Assembly: GCA_009914755.4 (NCBI GenBank) | Contig: CP086569.2 | Span: forward strand, 5,632,001-5,696,000 | DNA length: 64,000 nucleotides | From: the human T2T-CHM13v2.0 reference genome, Homo sapiens | Direction: 5' to 3' | Program-made: the position numbers and the translations under genes | Notes under the pieces: generated by a model | Told to the model about the DNA's origin: nothing | Databases searched by the model: none | What the model saw: only the letters and a program-made list of their open reading frames with translations | Shown: positions 50,850-64,000 of the stretch, piece after piece | Layout of the letters: each line of letters starts with the position of its first letter | Position numbering within the stretch: position 1 is the first letter of the stretch

Positions 50850-51930
50850 CAAAGAAAATATACAGTTTTGAAAAAGAGAGAAAGAATAACCAGATGTTCT
50901 TTTAAAGGACACAGAATAATCAGAAATAGAGGAGAAGAAAAAGAAATACTAAGCAGTATGAATCAAAGAAAGCTAGGAGTGAGGCAGATATAATTTAGGG
51001 AAAAATAATGTTATGTTATGGTAAAAGGGACCATTGCACAAGGAGATATAACTATTATAAATATATATTCCTAACAGTGCCAACTCTAAATGTGTTAATT
51101 AAAAAGAGACAGAACTTTAAGGAAACATAGATAAATAATTTTAATTAGAGACTTTAACACACTCTTCTAGAGAACCAAAAATAAAGATTTTTTAATATAT
51201 GCTCTCTGTGTGTTCACACATATAACTGTACAAACAACTGAAAATTATTTTCAATCACACAAAGAACATTTAAAATAATAGAGCATATATTTTGTCATAT
51301 GGAAAGTCTGTAAATTCCAAAAGATCAGTAAAATGAAATAACATTGGACATCAATAGTAATGAAAGAATAGCTTAAAATCAGAAGTTAGAAAATAAAATA
51401 ACATATTTATAAATAGCCCATAGTTTTAAAAAAGAATCACAAAAAATTACAATAAAGAAATTTTTAGGTGAGTGATAAGACACCGATTGTCAGAAATTGT
51501 GGTTCACAGAGAAGCAATAATTAGTGGAGAATGTGTACTCTTTGTGTTTTATAAACAAATAAGGATAATTTTTAAATTACTAAGAATTTAGTTCAATATT
51601 TTGGAAACATTGAAACTAAAACCAATGAAACTAATAGAATAAAAATGATAATGGGCAGAAATAATAGTAATAGTAATAATGATAATAAAACTCAGAAACA
51701 ACTTTCTTCAAATTACAATATTTTCTTAAAAGGAGTAACAAAATTGTTAGACTTCTCTCAAAAATGTTTAATAAACTAGAAAAAAATACAAAAATAAATA
51801 CAATCATAAAAAAAGAAAATAGCTACAGACCTAACAGAATTCTAATAAATAATAAGAACAAAATTAGCGACTATAACATCAATTTGAAAACCTAGATTAA
51901 ATGAATACATTTACAAAATAATATAAAACA
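50850..51930 (+). mobile_element. Old L1M ORF1-end/ORF2 endonuclease region, interrupted at 51931 by an AluY
   Basis: ...taaaagggaccattgcacaaggagatataactattataaatatatattcctaacagtgccaactctaaatgtgttaattaaaaagagacagaactttaaggaaacatagataaataattttaattagagactttaacacactcttctagagaacc... corresponds to L1M ORF2 [66 protein letters not shown]. Confidence 0.55.
51917..51930. repeat. Left TSD (aataatataaaaca) of the AluY
   Basis: An identical 14-mer is at 52248-52261. Confidence 0.9.
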
Positions 51931-52540
<610 letters not shown>

Positions 52541-52557
52541 TTATGAAAGTAAATGCA

Positions 52558-52720
52558 ATTAGCTAGGCTTCACGGCACGTGCCTATAGTCTCAGCTACTC
52601 AGGAGGCTGAGGCAGGAGGGTCCCTTGAGCCCAGGAGCTCCAAGCTGCAGTGAGTTATAATCCCACCACTGTACTCCAGTCTGGGTAACAGAGCAAGACC
52701 CTCTCTCTAAAAACTAAATA
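52558..52720 (+). mobile_element. Alu right-arm-only fragment (5'-truncated Alu or free right monomer) with an A/T-rich tail
   Basis: attagctaggcttcacggcacgtgcctatagtctcagctactcaggaggctgaggcaggagggtcccttgagcccaggagctccaagctgcagtgagttataatcccaccactgtactccagtctgggtaacagagcaagaccctctctctaaaaactaaataattaattaaaaataaaaaataaa. Confidence 0.8.
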
Positions 52721-52859
52721 ATTAATTAAAAATAAAAAATAAAGTAAATGCAAACATTCAAAAACAACCTACTGAATCATAAAATATATTTTAAAAACTT
52801 TATGATTAATTATCATAAATGCAAGGATATAGCTACAGTAGAAAATTAATAAATGTTGA

Positions 52860-53040
52860 GGATGGCAGAATAACAAAATAGGCTACCCTGGGCCTCCAGC
52901 AGAATGCAACCACTATTCTGAACTGCTTTTGCTCAGATTGTTATTGGAGAGAAAACAAAGCTTCTGTCTTGTTAAGCCACTACATTTTTGTTGTTTGTTA
53001 TGGAATCTAAACCTGTACCCTAACAATAGCACCACTGTCT
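52860..53040 (+). repeat. MaLR-like LTR 3'-end fragment
   Basis: ...aaagcttctgtcttgttaagccactacatttttgttgtttgttatggaatctaaacctgtaccctaaca resembles the MLT1 3' end (...gtttgttgtttaagccacccagtctatggtattttgttatagcagcccgaactaagaca). Confidence 0.3.
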
Positions 53041-53749
53041 CCCAAATTCTGTTTAAACTGTCCTCATTGCCAGCTGGCTGAAAAGTGACACAGTACCAAA
53101 ATCCCATTTTAGAGTTTGCTTCCTAGGCTTACACCTGCCACCAATTATGTTAATTATTTTCCCTAGCAGACTGAGATGGGAATTAGCAAGCGGAAAATGT
53201 ATTGAAAAGTGTTTCACTTGTAGTGAATTGAGATATCCAGGATTGAGTAGTGGGAGAAACTTAGCACAATTCCCTCATAACTAAGTTCTCAACTGATATT
53301 CAGGTAGTGTATTCAAGAGATAGTAACTCTGGAGGTGGGATGGCCATTCAGGGTTGCTCCAGTTGAAACAAAGGCCTGGGCTTTTGTGTCCCTGCATTGG
53401 CCAGTCATTTACTGCAGACTGCTTCCTTATAGAAAGTATAATTTTAAGTGAAGCAATTCTCTAAGGGCAATTGGAATTTCCCATGAGAAATGCAGTTGTG
53501 GCAAGCAGGTAGGGGATGGATGCAACAGGCCTGAAGAGGGAATCTGCTCAGGGGATCATAATATTCACTGTAATGCTCTATCTTAATACCAGGCTTCCAT
53601 TTAATTATCTTCTCAACTACAAAATATCTTACTTTGCTGGTGCAGAATTTAAAATGACCTGCAGAATTTAACGGGATCTTTTGCTTTTAAACCTGTAAAA
53701 AAATCAAGTTCACTTATAATAAGATAAATGTAAAAGAAATTACAATGAG

Positions 53750-54200
53750 ATATTTTCAGAACTTTTGATAACCTACGGCATTGGGTAGTATGTAGAGGTA
53801 AATTTACTCTAATATTCTGTGGAGGCTAAAGCAACTCCATCTTGGAAATAATTTTACCATGTTGGCTTCTGATTAACCCCTGTTCTTGGAAGGGCTCTAA
53901 GATTTTCAAGTTCTCTATTGTTTCTTGTGTAAGAGTGGAAACTTAACCATAAATCCTGCCCTTAGGCCAAACAACCTTGATGTTATCATACTTTAAATTG
54001 CCCTACACATGCTTTCTGAACCACCCCTCCCTTATGGTATAAACCCTGGGTCTGGGGGATAATGCTGCAGGAATCCCACCATCTTGTCTCTCTGTCACAC
54101 AAGACACAGACATAGCTTCTATTTGTAAGTCCCTATTAAATGTCTCTGTAAGAAATTGCATTTGTCATTCTCTTTCTTCAGCCTCTCAGCTTCCTCAAAC
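53750..54200 (+). repeat. Possible ERV solo LTR (TATA-like tataaaccctgggtctggg and AATAAA-like attaaatgtctctg); unclassified
   Basis: Sequence architecture only (...ccaaacaaccttgatgttatcatactttaaattgccctacacatgctttctgaaccacccctcccttatggtataaaccctgggtctgggggataatgctgcaggaatcccaccatcttgtctctctgtcacacaagacacagacatagcttctatttgtaagtccctattaaatgtctctg). I cannot name a family. Confidence 0.25.
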
Positions 54201-54329
54201 TTTGGGGTATGTTTGCATAGAACTGCCTACTGTGAAACATTATTTTGCTGGGACTATAAAATTTTACAGTTCTCTAGGCAGAATATCTGCATTGCTTTTA
54301 CTCAGTAATTCATATAAAAATGTATTTAA

Positions 54330-54960
54330 TAACTAAGTCATGATGTTAGACTCAGCAATGATTCTTGGATATCACATCAAAAACACAGGCAACAAAATAA
54401 AAACAAAATTAGATTTCATCAAATATAAAAACTTTTGTGCCTCAAAACAATCAACAGGTGGAAAGGCAACTCACAGAATGGGAAAAATATTTTCAAATCA
54501 TATATTTGATGAAGAATTAATATCTAGAATATGTAAAGAACTCCTATAACTCCACAACGGAAAAACAATCCAATTAAAAATGGTTTGAATAGATATTTCT
54601 CCAAAGAATATACACAAGTGGGCATACAGATTGCCATCAAAAACGTAAAAGATGTTCAACATCACTAATTATTGGGGAAATGCAGATCAAAGCTACTATG
54701 ATATTCCACTTCACACCCATTAGGTTAACTATTATCCAAAAAACAGAAAATAGCAAGAGTTGTTGAAGATATGGGGAAATTAGAAGTCCTGTACATTTCT
54801 GGTGGTAATGTAAAATAATGCGGCTGTTGTGTAAAACAGTATGGTAGGTCCTCAGAAAGCTAAATTAGAATTACAATAAGATGAAACAATTTTAATTATA
54901 GGTATGTACCCATAAAATTTGGAAGCAAGGACTAGAACAGATATTTGTACACCCATGGGC
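54330..54960 (+). mobile_element. Old L1M ORF2 C-terminal fragment
   Basis: ORF 54340-54549 (MMLDSAMILGYHIKNTGNKIKTKLDFIKYKNFCASKQSTGGKATHRMGKIFSNHIFDEELISRICKELL) corresponds to L1M ..[67 protein letters not shown]. Downstream ...NVKDVQHH*LLGKCRSKLL*YSTSHPLG*LLSKKQKIARVVEDMGKLEVLYISGGNVK corresponds to ..[32 protein letters not shown]...CWRGCGEIGTLIHCWWECK. Confidence 0.6.
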
Positions 54961-55709
54961 ACCATTGCTGTTCACCTTACAAATTATCCTTAAAATGTAG
55001 TTAATATATTTTATTTCTTACTATGCCACTTAGCATTTCTTTTTCTTTTATTCAGTGAATTGTTATTTATATTGATTCACATATTAGCTCTTTTTTCTTA
55101 ATATTCTTTCTCATATCCTTTCTACTTTCTGAGTTTAACTTCATTCTTTCTGAGGTATATTTATCAGCAGGACTTTAACCAAGGGTCTGTCTCAGTTTTT
55201 CTTTAGCTGAGTTTATAATTCTAAGTTAAATAATTTTACCTGGAGATTTTTTTTGTGTGTGTTTTGCTTTTGCTATTGAAAATGTTATTTTTGTTATAAT
55301 TCTTCCTGTGTAGGCAATCTTTTATCTATGTTTGCTGTTAAGATTTCCATTTTTTCTTTGATGTTGCACAGTTTCACTTTGCCATAATATTAAATTGTTA
55401 TGTTAAATTATGTTCTCTTCCACAGAAATTTTTATGCTTTTTTAACCAGATTTGTGTCCTTTATCAGATCTTGAAAAAATTTAAAGTCACTATATCTATA
55501 AATCTTACTATTGCTCAAAAATATATTCTAAATGATCTGTTTATTTGATTTCCCTTTGATTAACCGGTCTTTGAATTTCTCTATCCTGCCTTATGGGTAA
55601 TTTCCTCAAAACCATATTTCAGTTTACTAATATCTCTTTAGATGTGGCTAATATACTATTTAGATCATCATTAATTTTTCCATTTCAACAACTTTATTTT
55701 TTTAAAGTA

Positions 55710-56006
55710 GGCCGGGTGCGCTGGTTCACACCTGTAATCCCAGCACTTTGGGAGGCTGAGGCGGGTGGATCATCTGGGTCAGGAATTCAAGACCGGCCTG
55801 GCCAACATGGCAAAACCCTATCTCTACTGAAAATACAAAAACTTAGCCGGGCATGGTGACGTGTGCCTGAAATCCCAACTACTCAGGAGTCTGAGGCAGG
55901 AGAATTGCTTGAACCAGGGAGGCAGAGGGTGCAGTGAGCCGAGACTGCTCCGCTGCCTTCTAGCCTGGGAAACAGAGTGAGACTCCATCTCAAAAAATAA
56001 TAATAA
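55710..56006 (+). mobile_element. AluS-type SINE inserted at the A-rich 3' end of the adjacent minus-strand L1. TSD is about tttaaagta / tttaaaaagta.
   Basis: ggccgggtgcgctggttcacacctgtaatcccagcactttgggaggctgaggcgggtggatcatctgggtcaggaattcaagaccggcctggccaacatggcaaaaccctatctctactgaaaatacaaaaacttagccgggcatggtgacgtgtgcctgaaatcccaactactcaggag...gcctgggaaacagagtgagactccatctc. Confidence 0.9.
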
Positions 56007-57042
56007 TTTAAAAAGTAATGTTTCGCTTCAGTCTTTATTTTCATTTTCTTTTACATACAGTGAAATTCACATTTTATGGCCTATAGTTTTACGAATTTTA
56101 ACAATTGCATAGAGTCATGTAACCATCACAATAATTAAGGTACAGATCAGTCCCATAACTCCAAGTTTTCATTTCACTGCTTCATTTGCTCGTTGATTTG
56201 TTCAAGTTTCCTAAAGATTCTGAATATTAGACTATTGTCAGATACATAGGTTGCAAATACTTTCTCAAATTCTGTAGGTTGTCTGTTTACTCTGTTGATA
56301 GTTTCGTCTTCTATGCAGAAGCTCTTTAGTTTAATTAGATCTCGTTTGTCAATTTTTGCTTTGGTTGCAATTGCTTTTGGCATCTTTGGCATGAAATCTT
56401 TGCTGGTTCCTATGTCCAGAATGGTATTGCCTAAGTTGTCTTCTAGAGTTTTCATAGTTTTGGGTTTACATTTAAGTCTTTCATCCATCCTAAGTTGATT
56501 TTTGCGGATGGTAAAAGAAAGTATTCTAATTTTATTCTTCTGCATATGGCTAGCCAGTTATCTCAGCACCATTTATTGAATAGGGAGTCCTCTCCTCATT
56601 GATTGTTCTTGTCCACTTTGTTGAAGACCAGATGGTTGTAGGTGTGCAGGCTTATTTCTAAGCTCTATATTCTGTTTCATTGGTCTGTGTGTCTGTTTTT
56701 GTACCAATATGATGCTGTTTTTGTTAACTGTAGCGTTGTAGTATAGCTTGATGTCAGGTAGTATGACGTCTCTGGCTTTCTTCATTTTGCTTGGGATTGC
56801 TTTGACTATGTAGGCTCTTTTTGGGTTCCATATGAATTTTAAAATTGTTTTTTTCAAATTCTATGAAATATGTCACTTGTAGTTTGATAGGAATAGCATT
56901 GAATCTGTAAATTGTGTTGGACAGTATTGCCATTTTAGTAATATTGCTTATTTCTATCCATGAGCATGGAATGTCTTTCCATTTGTTTGTGTTGTCTAAT
57001 TTATTTGAGCAGTATTTTGTAATTCTTCTAGAGATCTTTCAC

Positions 57043-57360
57043 CTATCTGGTTAGTTGTGTTCTTAAGTATTTTATTCTTCTTGTGGCTATTGTGAAAGTG
57101 ATTACATTCTTATTTTGGCTCTCAGCTTCGACATTGTTGTTGTATAGAAATGCTACTGATTTTTGTACATTGATTTTGTGTCCTGAAACTTTGCTGGAGT
57201 TATTGATCAGATCTAGGGGCTTTTGTACAGGACCTGTGGGACTTTTTAGGTATAAAGTCACATTATCTACGAAGAGAGATAGTTTGACTTCCTCTCTTCT
57301 TATTTGGATGCCTTTTACTTCTTGCTCTGACCTGATTGCTCTCGCTAAGACTTCCAACAC
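57043..57360 (-). pseudogene. L1 ORF2 reverse-transcriptase fragment (105 aa open)
   Basis: See peptide above; the catalytic FADDM motif is degenerated. Confidence 0.8.
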
Positions 57361-58625
57361 TATGTTGAATAGGGGTGGTGAGAGAGGGCATTCTTGTCTT
57401 GTTCAGGTTCTCAAGGGCAATGCTTCTAGATTTTGTTCATTCAGTATGATGTTGGCTTTGAGTTTTTCATAGATGACTGTTAATATTTTGAGTTATATTG
57501 CTTCAATGCCTAGTTCATTGAGAGTTTTTAACAAAAAGGGATGTTGAATTTTATCAAAAGCCTTTTGTGTGTCTATTGAGATGATCATGTGGCTTTTGTT
57601 TTTAGTTATATTTATGTGATTAATCAAATTTGATTTGCATGTATTGAGCCAAACTTGCATCCCAGGAATAAAGCCTGCTTGATGGTGGTGGATTAGCTTT
57701 TTGATGTGTTTCTGGATTCAGTTTGCAAGTATTTTGTTAAGAATATTTGCATTTATTTTCATCAGGAATGTTGGCCTAATTTTTTTTTCTATATCTGTCA
57801 GATTATGGTATCAGAATAATTCTGACCTCATAGAATGAGTTAGGTAGGACTCTCTCCTTCTCTAGTTTTTGGCATAGTTTCAGTAGGATTCGTGCCAATT
57901 GTTCTTTTTACATCTGGTAGATTTCAGGTATGAATCTGTCTGGTTGAGTGGTTTTTCTGATTGGTAAGTTTTTTATTACTGATTCCGTTTTGGAGGTTGC
58001 TATCAGTCTGTTCAGAGTTTCAATTTATTCCTGGGAGATTGTATGCTTTCAGGAATTAATCCGTTTGTTCTTGGTTTTCTAGTTTCTGTGCCTAGAGGTG
58101 TTCCTAATAGTCTCTGAGGCTTTTTTTTTTTTTTGTATATTTATATGTGGTTGTTACTAATGTCGCTTTTGTAATTTCTGCTTGTCTTCCTTTGAATCTT
58201 CTTACTTTTTTATCAGTCTAGCTAGCAGTCTATCAGTTCTATTAATTATTTCTAAGAACCAACTTTTGCTTTCATTGATCTGTAAAGTTTATCACTTCTC
58301 AATTTCATTCAATTCAGCTCCTATTTGTTTTTTTTTCTCTTTTTCTTCTTTTGCTAGCTTTACCATTGGTTTTCTCTTGTTTCCCTAGTTCCTCTAGGTG
58401 TAATATTAGGTTGTTAATTTTAGACCTTTCTAACTTTTTGATGTGGGCATTTAGTGCTATAAACTCTCCTCTTAACACTGTTTGAACTGTATCCCAGAGA
58501 TCTAGGTATGTTGTATATTTGTTTTCATTAGTTTCAAAGAGTTTCTTGATTTCTGCATTAATTTCATTGCTTGCCCAAAAGTCATTCATGGGCAGGTTGT
58601 TTAATTTCTATGTAGTTGTATGATT

Positions 58626-59180
58626 TTAAGAGACCTTTTTCATATTTATTTTTATTTTTATTGCATTGTAGTTCAAGAGTGTTGTTGGTATTTTTTTTAA
58701 TTTGTTGAAAATTGTTATATGACTGATTGTGCAGTCAATTACAGAGTATGTGCTATTTACAAATGAGAATAACATATATTCTGTTGTTCTTGGGTGGAGT
58801 GTTCTGTACTTGACTATTAGGTCCTTTTGGTTGTGTGTCAAGTTTAAGTCCCAAATATCTTTGTTAGTTTTCTGCCTTGATGATCTGTCAAATACCATCA
58901 GTGGGGCATTGAAGTCTCCCATTATTATTGTGGGATTATCTAAGTCTCTTTTTAGGACCCCAAAAACTTGCTTTATGAATCTGGTTGCTCTTGTCTTGGG
59001 TGCATATATATTTAGGATAATTAAGTCTTCTTGTTGATTTGATCCCTGTATCATTACATTATTCCCATTTTTGTCTTTTTTGATCATTGTTGATTCAAAG
59101 TCTATATTGTCTGAAATTAGAATTGGAATCTCTGCTTTTTGTTTGTTTGTTTTCCATTGGCTTGATAGATTTTTGTCCAT
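58626..59180 (-). pseudogene. L1 ORF2 endonuclease-domain remnant (184 aa open, longest ORF in the window)
   Basis: Peptide aligns to L1 EN (..[102 protein letters not shown]..). It is truncated by stops at both ends. Confidence 0.8.
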
Positions 59181-61789
59181 TTTTTTAAGTCTATGAGTGT
59201 CTTTTCATGTGAGATGAGTCACTTGAAGCATGCAGTCATGTCTTGCTTCTTTATCTAACTTGCCAGTCTGTGCCTTTTTTGTGGAGCATTTAGCCAGTTT
59301 ATGTTCAGAGTTAATATTGATATGTGTAGATTTGATCCTTTCATTGTGTTGTTAGCTAGTTGTTATGCACATTGTGTCACTGCTTTATAGTGTCAATGGT
59401 ATATGCACTTAAGTGTGTTTTTTGTGTTGGCCAGTAAAGTTTTCATTTACATGTTTAACACTCTTTATTGATCTCTTGTAAGGCAGATCTGGTGGTAATG
59501 AATTCCCTTAGCATTTATTTGTCTGAAAAGTATCTCATTTTTCATTCGCTTATGAAGCATAGTTTGGCTAGATATAAAATTCTTAGTTGGAATTTCTTTT
59601 ATTGAAGAATGTTGAATATAGGCCCTCAGTCTCGTCTGGCTCTTAGAGTTTGTGCTAAGAAAGGTATGCTGTTAGCCTGATAAGGTTCTCTTTGTAGGTG
59701 AACTGCCCCTTCTCTCTAGCTGCCTTTAATATCTTTTTGTTTATGATGACCTTATAGAATCTGATGACTATGTGTCTTGGGGATGGTCGTTTTGTATAGG
59801 ATCTCACAGGGGTTCTTTGCATATCCTGAATTTGAATGTCAACTTCTTTAGCGAGGTTGAGGAAATTTTCATGGACAATATACTCAAATATGTTCTCCAA
59901 GTTGCGTGCTCTCTCTCTTTCTTTCAGGGATTCCAATGAGTTATACGTTTGGTCCCTTTACATACTCTCATATTTCTCAAAAGTTTTGTTCTTTCTTTAC
60001 TTCTTTTTTCTTTACTTTTGTCTGACTGAGTTAACTTGAAGAACCAGTCTTCAAGCTCTCAGATTCTTTCTTCATCTTGGTCTATTATCCTGTTAATATT
60101 TTTATTGTATTTAATATTATGAAATTATTGTAGTGAGTTTTTCAGCTCTATCAGACAAGTTTGGTTTTTTCATGCAATGGATAATTTATCTTTCAGCTCT
60201 TATATCATTTTGCTGGATTCCTCAGATCCCTAGAGTTGGGTTTCAACTTTTTCCTGAATCTCAATGATCTTCATTCCTATCAAGATTTGTAATTCTACGT
60301 CTGTCCTTTCAGCCACGTTAGCACAGTTAAGAACCATGGCTGGGGAGTTAGTGTAATCATTTGGAGGTAAGAAGACATTCTGGCTTTTTGAGTTGTCAGA
60401 GTTCTTGCGCTGATTCTTTCTCATCTCTGTGGGCTAATATTCCTGTAATCTTTGAAGCTGCTGTCCCTTGGAAGACTTTTTTTTTTGTCTGCTTTTGATG
60501 CCCTTGAGGTTTTGATTGTGGTATAAACTGAGTTTAGTCAACTGGCTTTATTTCTGGAAGATTTCAGGGTGCCAAGTCTCAGTTCAGCACTCCTGGGCTG
60601 CATGCTCTAACCCTGGGGATCTAATACCAGTCCCATGGCTTTGTTCTCTGACCCCTTGTGGTTAAGCACCTACTACACTGGAGGGCCCAATGTGCTCCCG
60701 GTCCACTGATGAAAACACTCCAATGGAAGCTGATGGCCAAAGAGCTTCACTGGGGTAGTGGAAACAGGGTCCATGCTCATGTGCACATGCCAGCAGCAGT
60801 GATGCAGTGGTGTCCACACCTGCGTGTGTATCAACAGTAGTGGTACAGCAGAGTACCTGAATGTCAGTAGGGTTTGGGTGCCAGCAGCGAGGTTCATTTT
60901 CACATGAGCTTGTGGCAATGGTGTGGTGAGGTCCACATCCATGTGTGTACTGACAAAGTGTGGTGGGGACTGTGTGCAAGTGTGTGATGGCAAAGTGGTG
61001 GGGAAGAGCTATGGATGTGTGAGTACGTGTTGGTGGGGTCCCCTCTACTAAGGTTCTCTGATGATTAAGCATGGTCTGCTGGTGAAGAAGCTATTGTGGT
61101 GGCTTCCATAAAGTGCTCCAGTTGGGCATCCCAGGCTGCACTACAAGCTGGCACAGTAAGGCAAGAACTCCAGGAAAAGCTGGCATCCAGGGGTGTGCTC
61201 AGTTCAGACTGTCCCTATCCCATGAGCAAGACTGTCCTGCCCTGTCCAGATCCAACAGTCAACAAAGACCAAAGCCACCTAGAGGATCACAGCAAGCCTT
61301 AGGGGATGGGCATTCCTGGCCAAGCTCCACTGCTGCCATTCCCATGCCAAACCCTCTGGGCTGGAGTTTCATCCCTGCCACCTCTCTGAGCAAGTCTCCC
61401 TGTAAGCTCAAGTGTCTGTGGGCGTCATGCAGTCTTCTGCAGCTAGGATTCTGTCGGTTCATGATGAGAGTGGGCCACTCCTTGCTTATTTAATTTACTC
61501 CTCACCCTGGAGTTACTGGAAGCCAGGAAAAAGTCTTGGTGCTCAGCAGCCCTGTGCTTGGTTCCTAGCTTCCTATCCCTTCAGCTCAGGGTCTGCATCC
61601 TCCCCCAATCCATTCTCAATGCCTTTCTTCTGAAGATCTGCTCAGAATTTGCCAGTCTTATTGATGGTCTGGTCTCTCAGTGGGAGATGCTCTTCCTGGC
61701 TGCATCTAGTTGGTCATCTTGTCTCTCCTCCCAATAAATCTGTCAATATTGTCTTCTTTAAAATATTAACTTTCCAATTCAAGAACATG

Positions 61790-62685
61790 AAATATCTTTC
61801 CATTTATATGTGTTAATGTAAATATTTTTTCTGGAATATTTTGTAGAATTTAGTGCACAAGTCTTTCACTTCCTTAGTTGAGTTTATTATTTAGTAGTTC
61901 ATTTTGATGTTATTATAAGTGAAATGTTTTCACTGTTTCCTTTTTTAATTGTTCATCATTAGTTTATAAAAATGCAGCTGCCTTTTACATGTTGATTTTG
62001 TATCCTGCAACTTTGCTGAATTTGTTTATTTGTTCTAACCATTTTTTTTTTATTTTTGATGAAATATTTAGGGTTTTCTACATATAAGATTATGTCCTCT
62101 GTGGATAGATATAATTTTACTTTTCGATTTCTGACTTCAATTCCTTACTACCTTTTTTTGCCTAATTGACCTGACTAGGACTTTTAGTACTATTTTGAAT
62201 AGAAGAGATGAAAGTGAGCATCCTTGTCTCATTCTTGGTATTAGAGGAAAACATTTCACTCTTTCACAATTGAGTATGATATTGGCTCTGGGATTTCCAT
62301 ATAGGACCTTTAATATATTAAGGTGGTTTTACTTTACTCCTAGTTTGTTGAGTGGTTTTATCATGAAAGTGAGTTGAATTTTGTCAACAGATTTCATTGA
62401 ATCAAATGAGATGATAATGGGGTTTATTCCCTTCATTCTGTTTATGTGGTGTATTGCAATGATTGACTTTTGAATGTTGAATCATCCTTGCACAACTGGA
62501 ATTAATTTCACCTGATCATGATGTATACATATTTTAATGTGCTGTTGAATTCACTTTGCTTGCATTTTGTTCAAAAGTTTTGCTTCAATACTAATCAGTG
62601 ATATTGGTCTGTAGTTTGTTTTTTTCCTTGTAATGTCTTTGGCTATGGTATGCTAACTTCATAGAATAAGACTGTAAATTGCTAT

Positions 62686-62690
<5 letters not shown>
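61790..62690 (-). mobile_element. Separate L1 ORF2 fragment (L1 nt about 3000-4400), antisense
   Basis: ...gctgccttttacatgttgattttgtatcctgcaactttgctgaatttgtttatttgttctaacc...gcctaattgacctgactaggacttttagtactattttgaatagaagagatgaaagtgagcatccttgtctcattcttggtattagaggaaaacatttcactctttcacaattgagtatgatattggctctggg...tttatcatgaaagtgagttgaattttgtcaacagatttcattgaatcaaatgagatgataatgggg corresponds to L1 antisense ...gatttttgtacattgattttgtatcctgagactttgctgaagttgcttatcag...cctaattgccctggccagaacttccaacactatgttgaataggagtggtgagagagggcatccctgtcttgtgccagttttcaaag... Confidence 0.8.

Positions 62691-64000
<1,310 letters not shown>

Larger units (their letters stand above)
56010..61750 (-). mobile_element. Near full-length L1 (L1PB/L1MA-like), about 5.7 kb, minus orientation: 3'UTR (about 56010-56170), ORF2 (about 56170-59180), ORF1 remnant (about 59300-60300), 5'UTR (about 60300-61750). 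All frames are broken.
   Basis: Minus-strand ORFs: 58626-59180 (184 aa, ...KNGNNVMIQGSNQQEDLIILNIYAPKTRATRFIKQVFGVLKRDLDNPTIIMGDFNAPLMVFDRSSRQKTNKDIWDLNLTHNQKDLIVKYRTLHPRTTEYMLFS...) is the L1 EN domain. 58314-58589 is the EN-RT linker. 57043-57360 ([76 protein letters not shown]...) is RT with FADDM mutated to FVDNV. 56573-56857 and 56174-56545 are the ORF2 C-terminus. rc of 56040-56170 is an L1 3'UTR (gtgaatttcactgtatgtaaaag). 60660-61740 is a GC-rich L1 5'UTR in antisense. Confidence 0.85.

Noticed and set aside
58626-59180. Longest ORF in the window (184 aa, minus strand), considered as a possible gene
   Set aside because: It translates unambiguously to the LINE-1 ORF2 endonuclease domain and is bounded by stops, so it is part of a dead L1 and not a cellular gene.
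60662-61493. Cluster of 100-136-aa ORFs on both strands in a GC-rich block (60662-61072, 60673-60993, 61113-61493)
   Set aside because: The block is the antisense 5'UTR of the minus-strand L1. GC-rich UTR sequence yields stop-poor frames on both strands; there is no coherent protein.

Overview
This window is not a prokaryotic locus; it is human (hominoid) nuclear DNA, AT-rich and gene-poor, and I estimate well over half of it is transposable elements. The assignment rests on several things I can read directly: at least eight Alu SINEs, including an AluYb8 with the 7-bp GCAGTCC duplication, several LINE-1 copies of different ages (L1M, L1PB/L1MA-like, L1PA-like), MaLR/ERVL LTR elements (THE1/MST-type, MLT1-type) and a MADE1 mariner-derived MITE. 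I cannot support any protein-coding exon, RNA gene, CRISPR array, operon or defence/accessory system. Every ORF of at least 100 aa in the six-frame track lies inside a repeat; several translate to recognisable L1 ORF2 endonuclease or reverse-transcriptase remnants, and the rest are spurious frames in L1 5'UTRs, LTR-element internal sequence, an LTR or Alu tails. The structure that is there is a stack of nested insertions: a complete MaLR provirus with 5-bp TSDs inside an old L1; a young L1PA 3' end inside the ORF2 of a near full-length L1; Alus inside L1M copies; and a probable L1 5'-inversion (twin-priming) junction. Two young Alus (AluYb8 at 8413, AluY/Ya5-like at 51931) have perfect TSDs and long pure tails and are plausible presence/absence polymorphisms. 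Subfamily names come from recalled consensus sequences without alignment, so boundaries are approximate to about +/-10-30 bp and subfamily calls are tentative. Stretches with no recognisable repeat (roughly 7290-8396, 8760-10900, 12200-16220, 17400-18350, 29440-31180, 40270-41580, 55000-55700) carry no supportable features.
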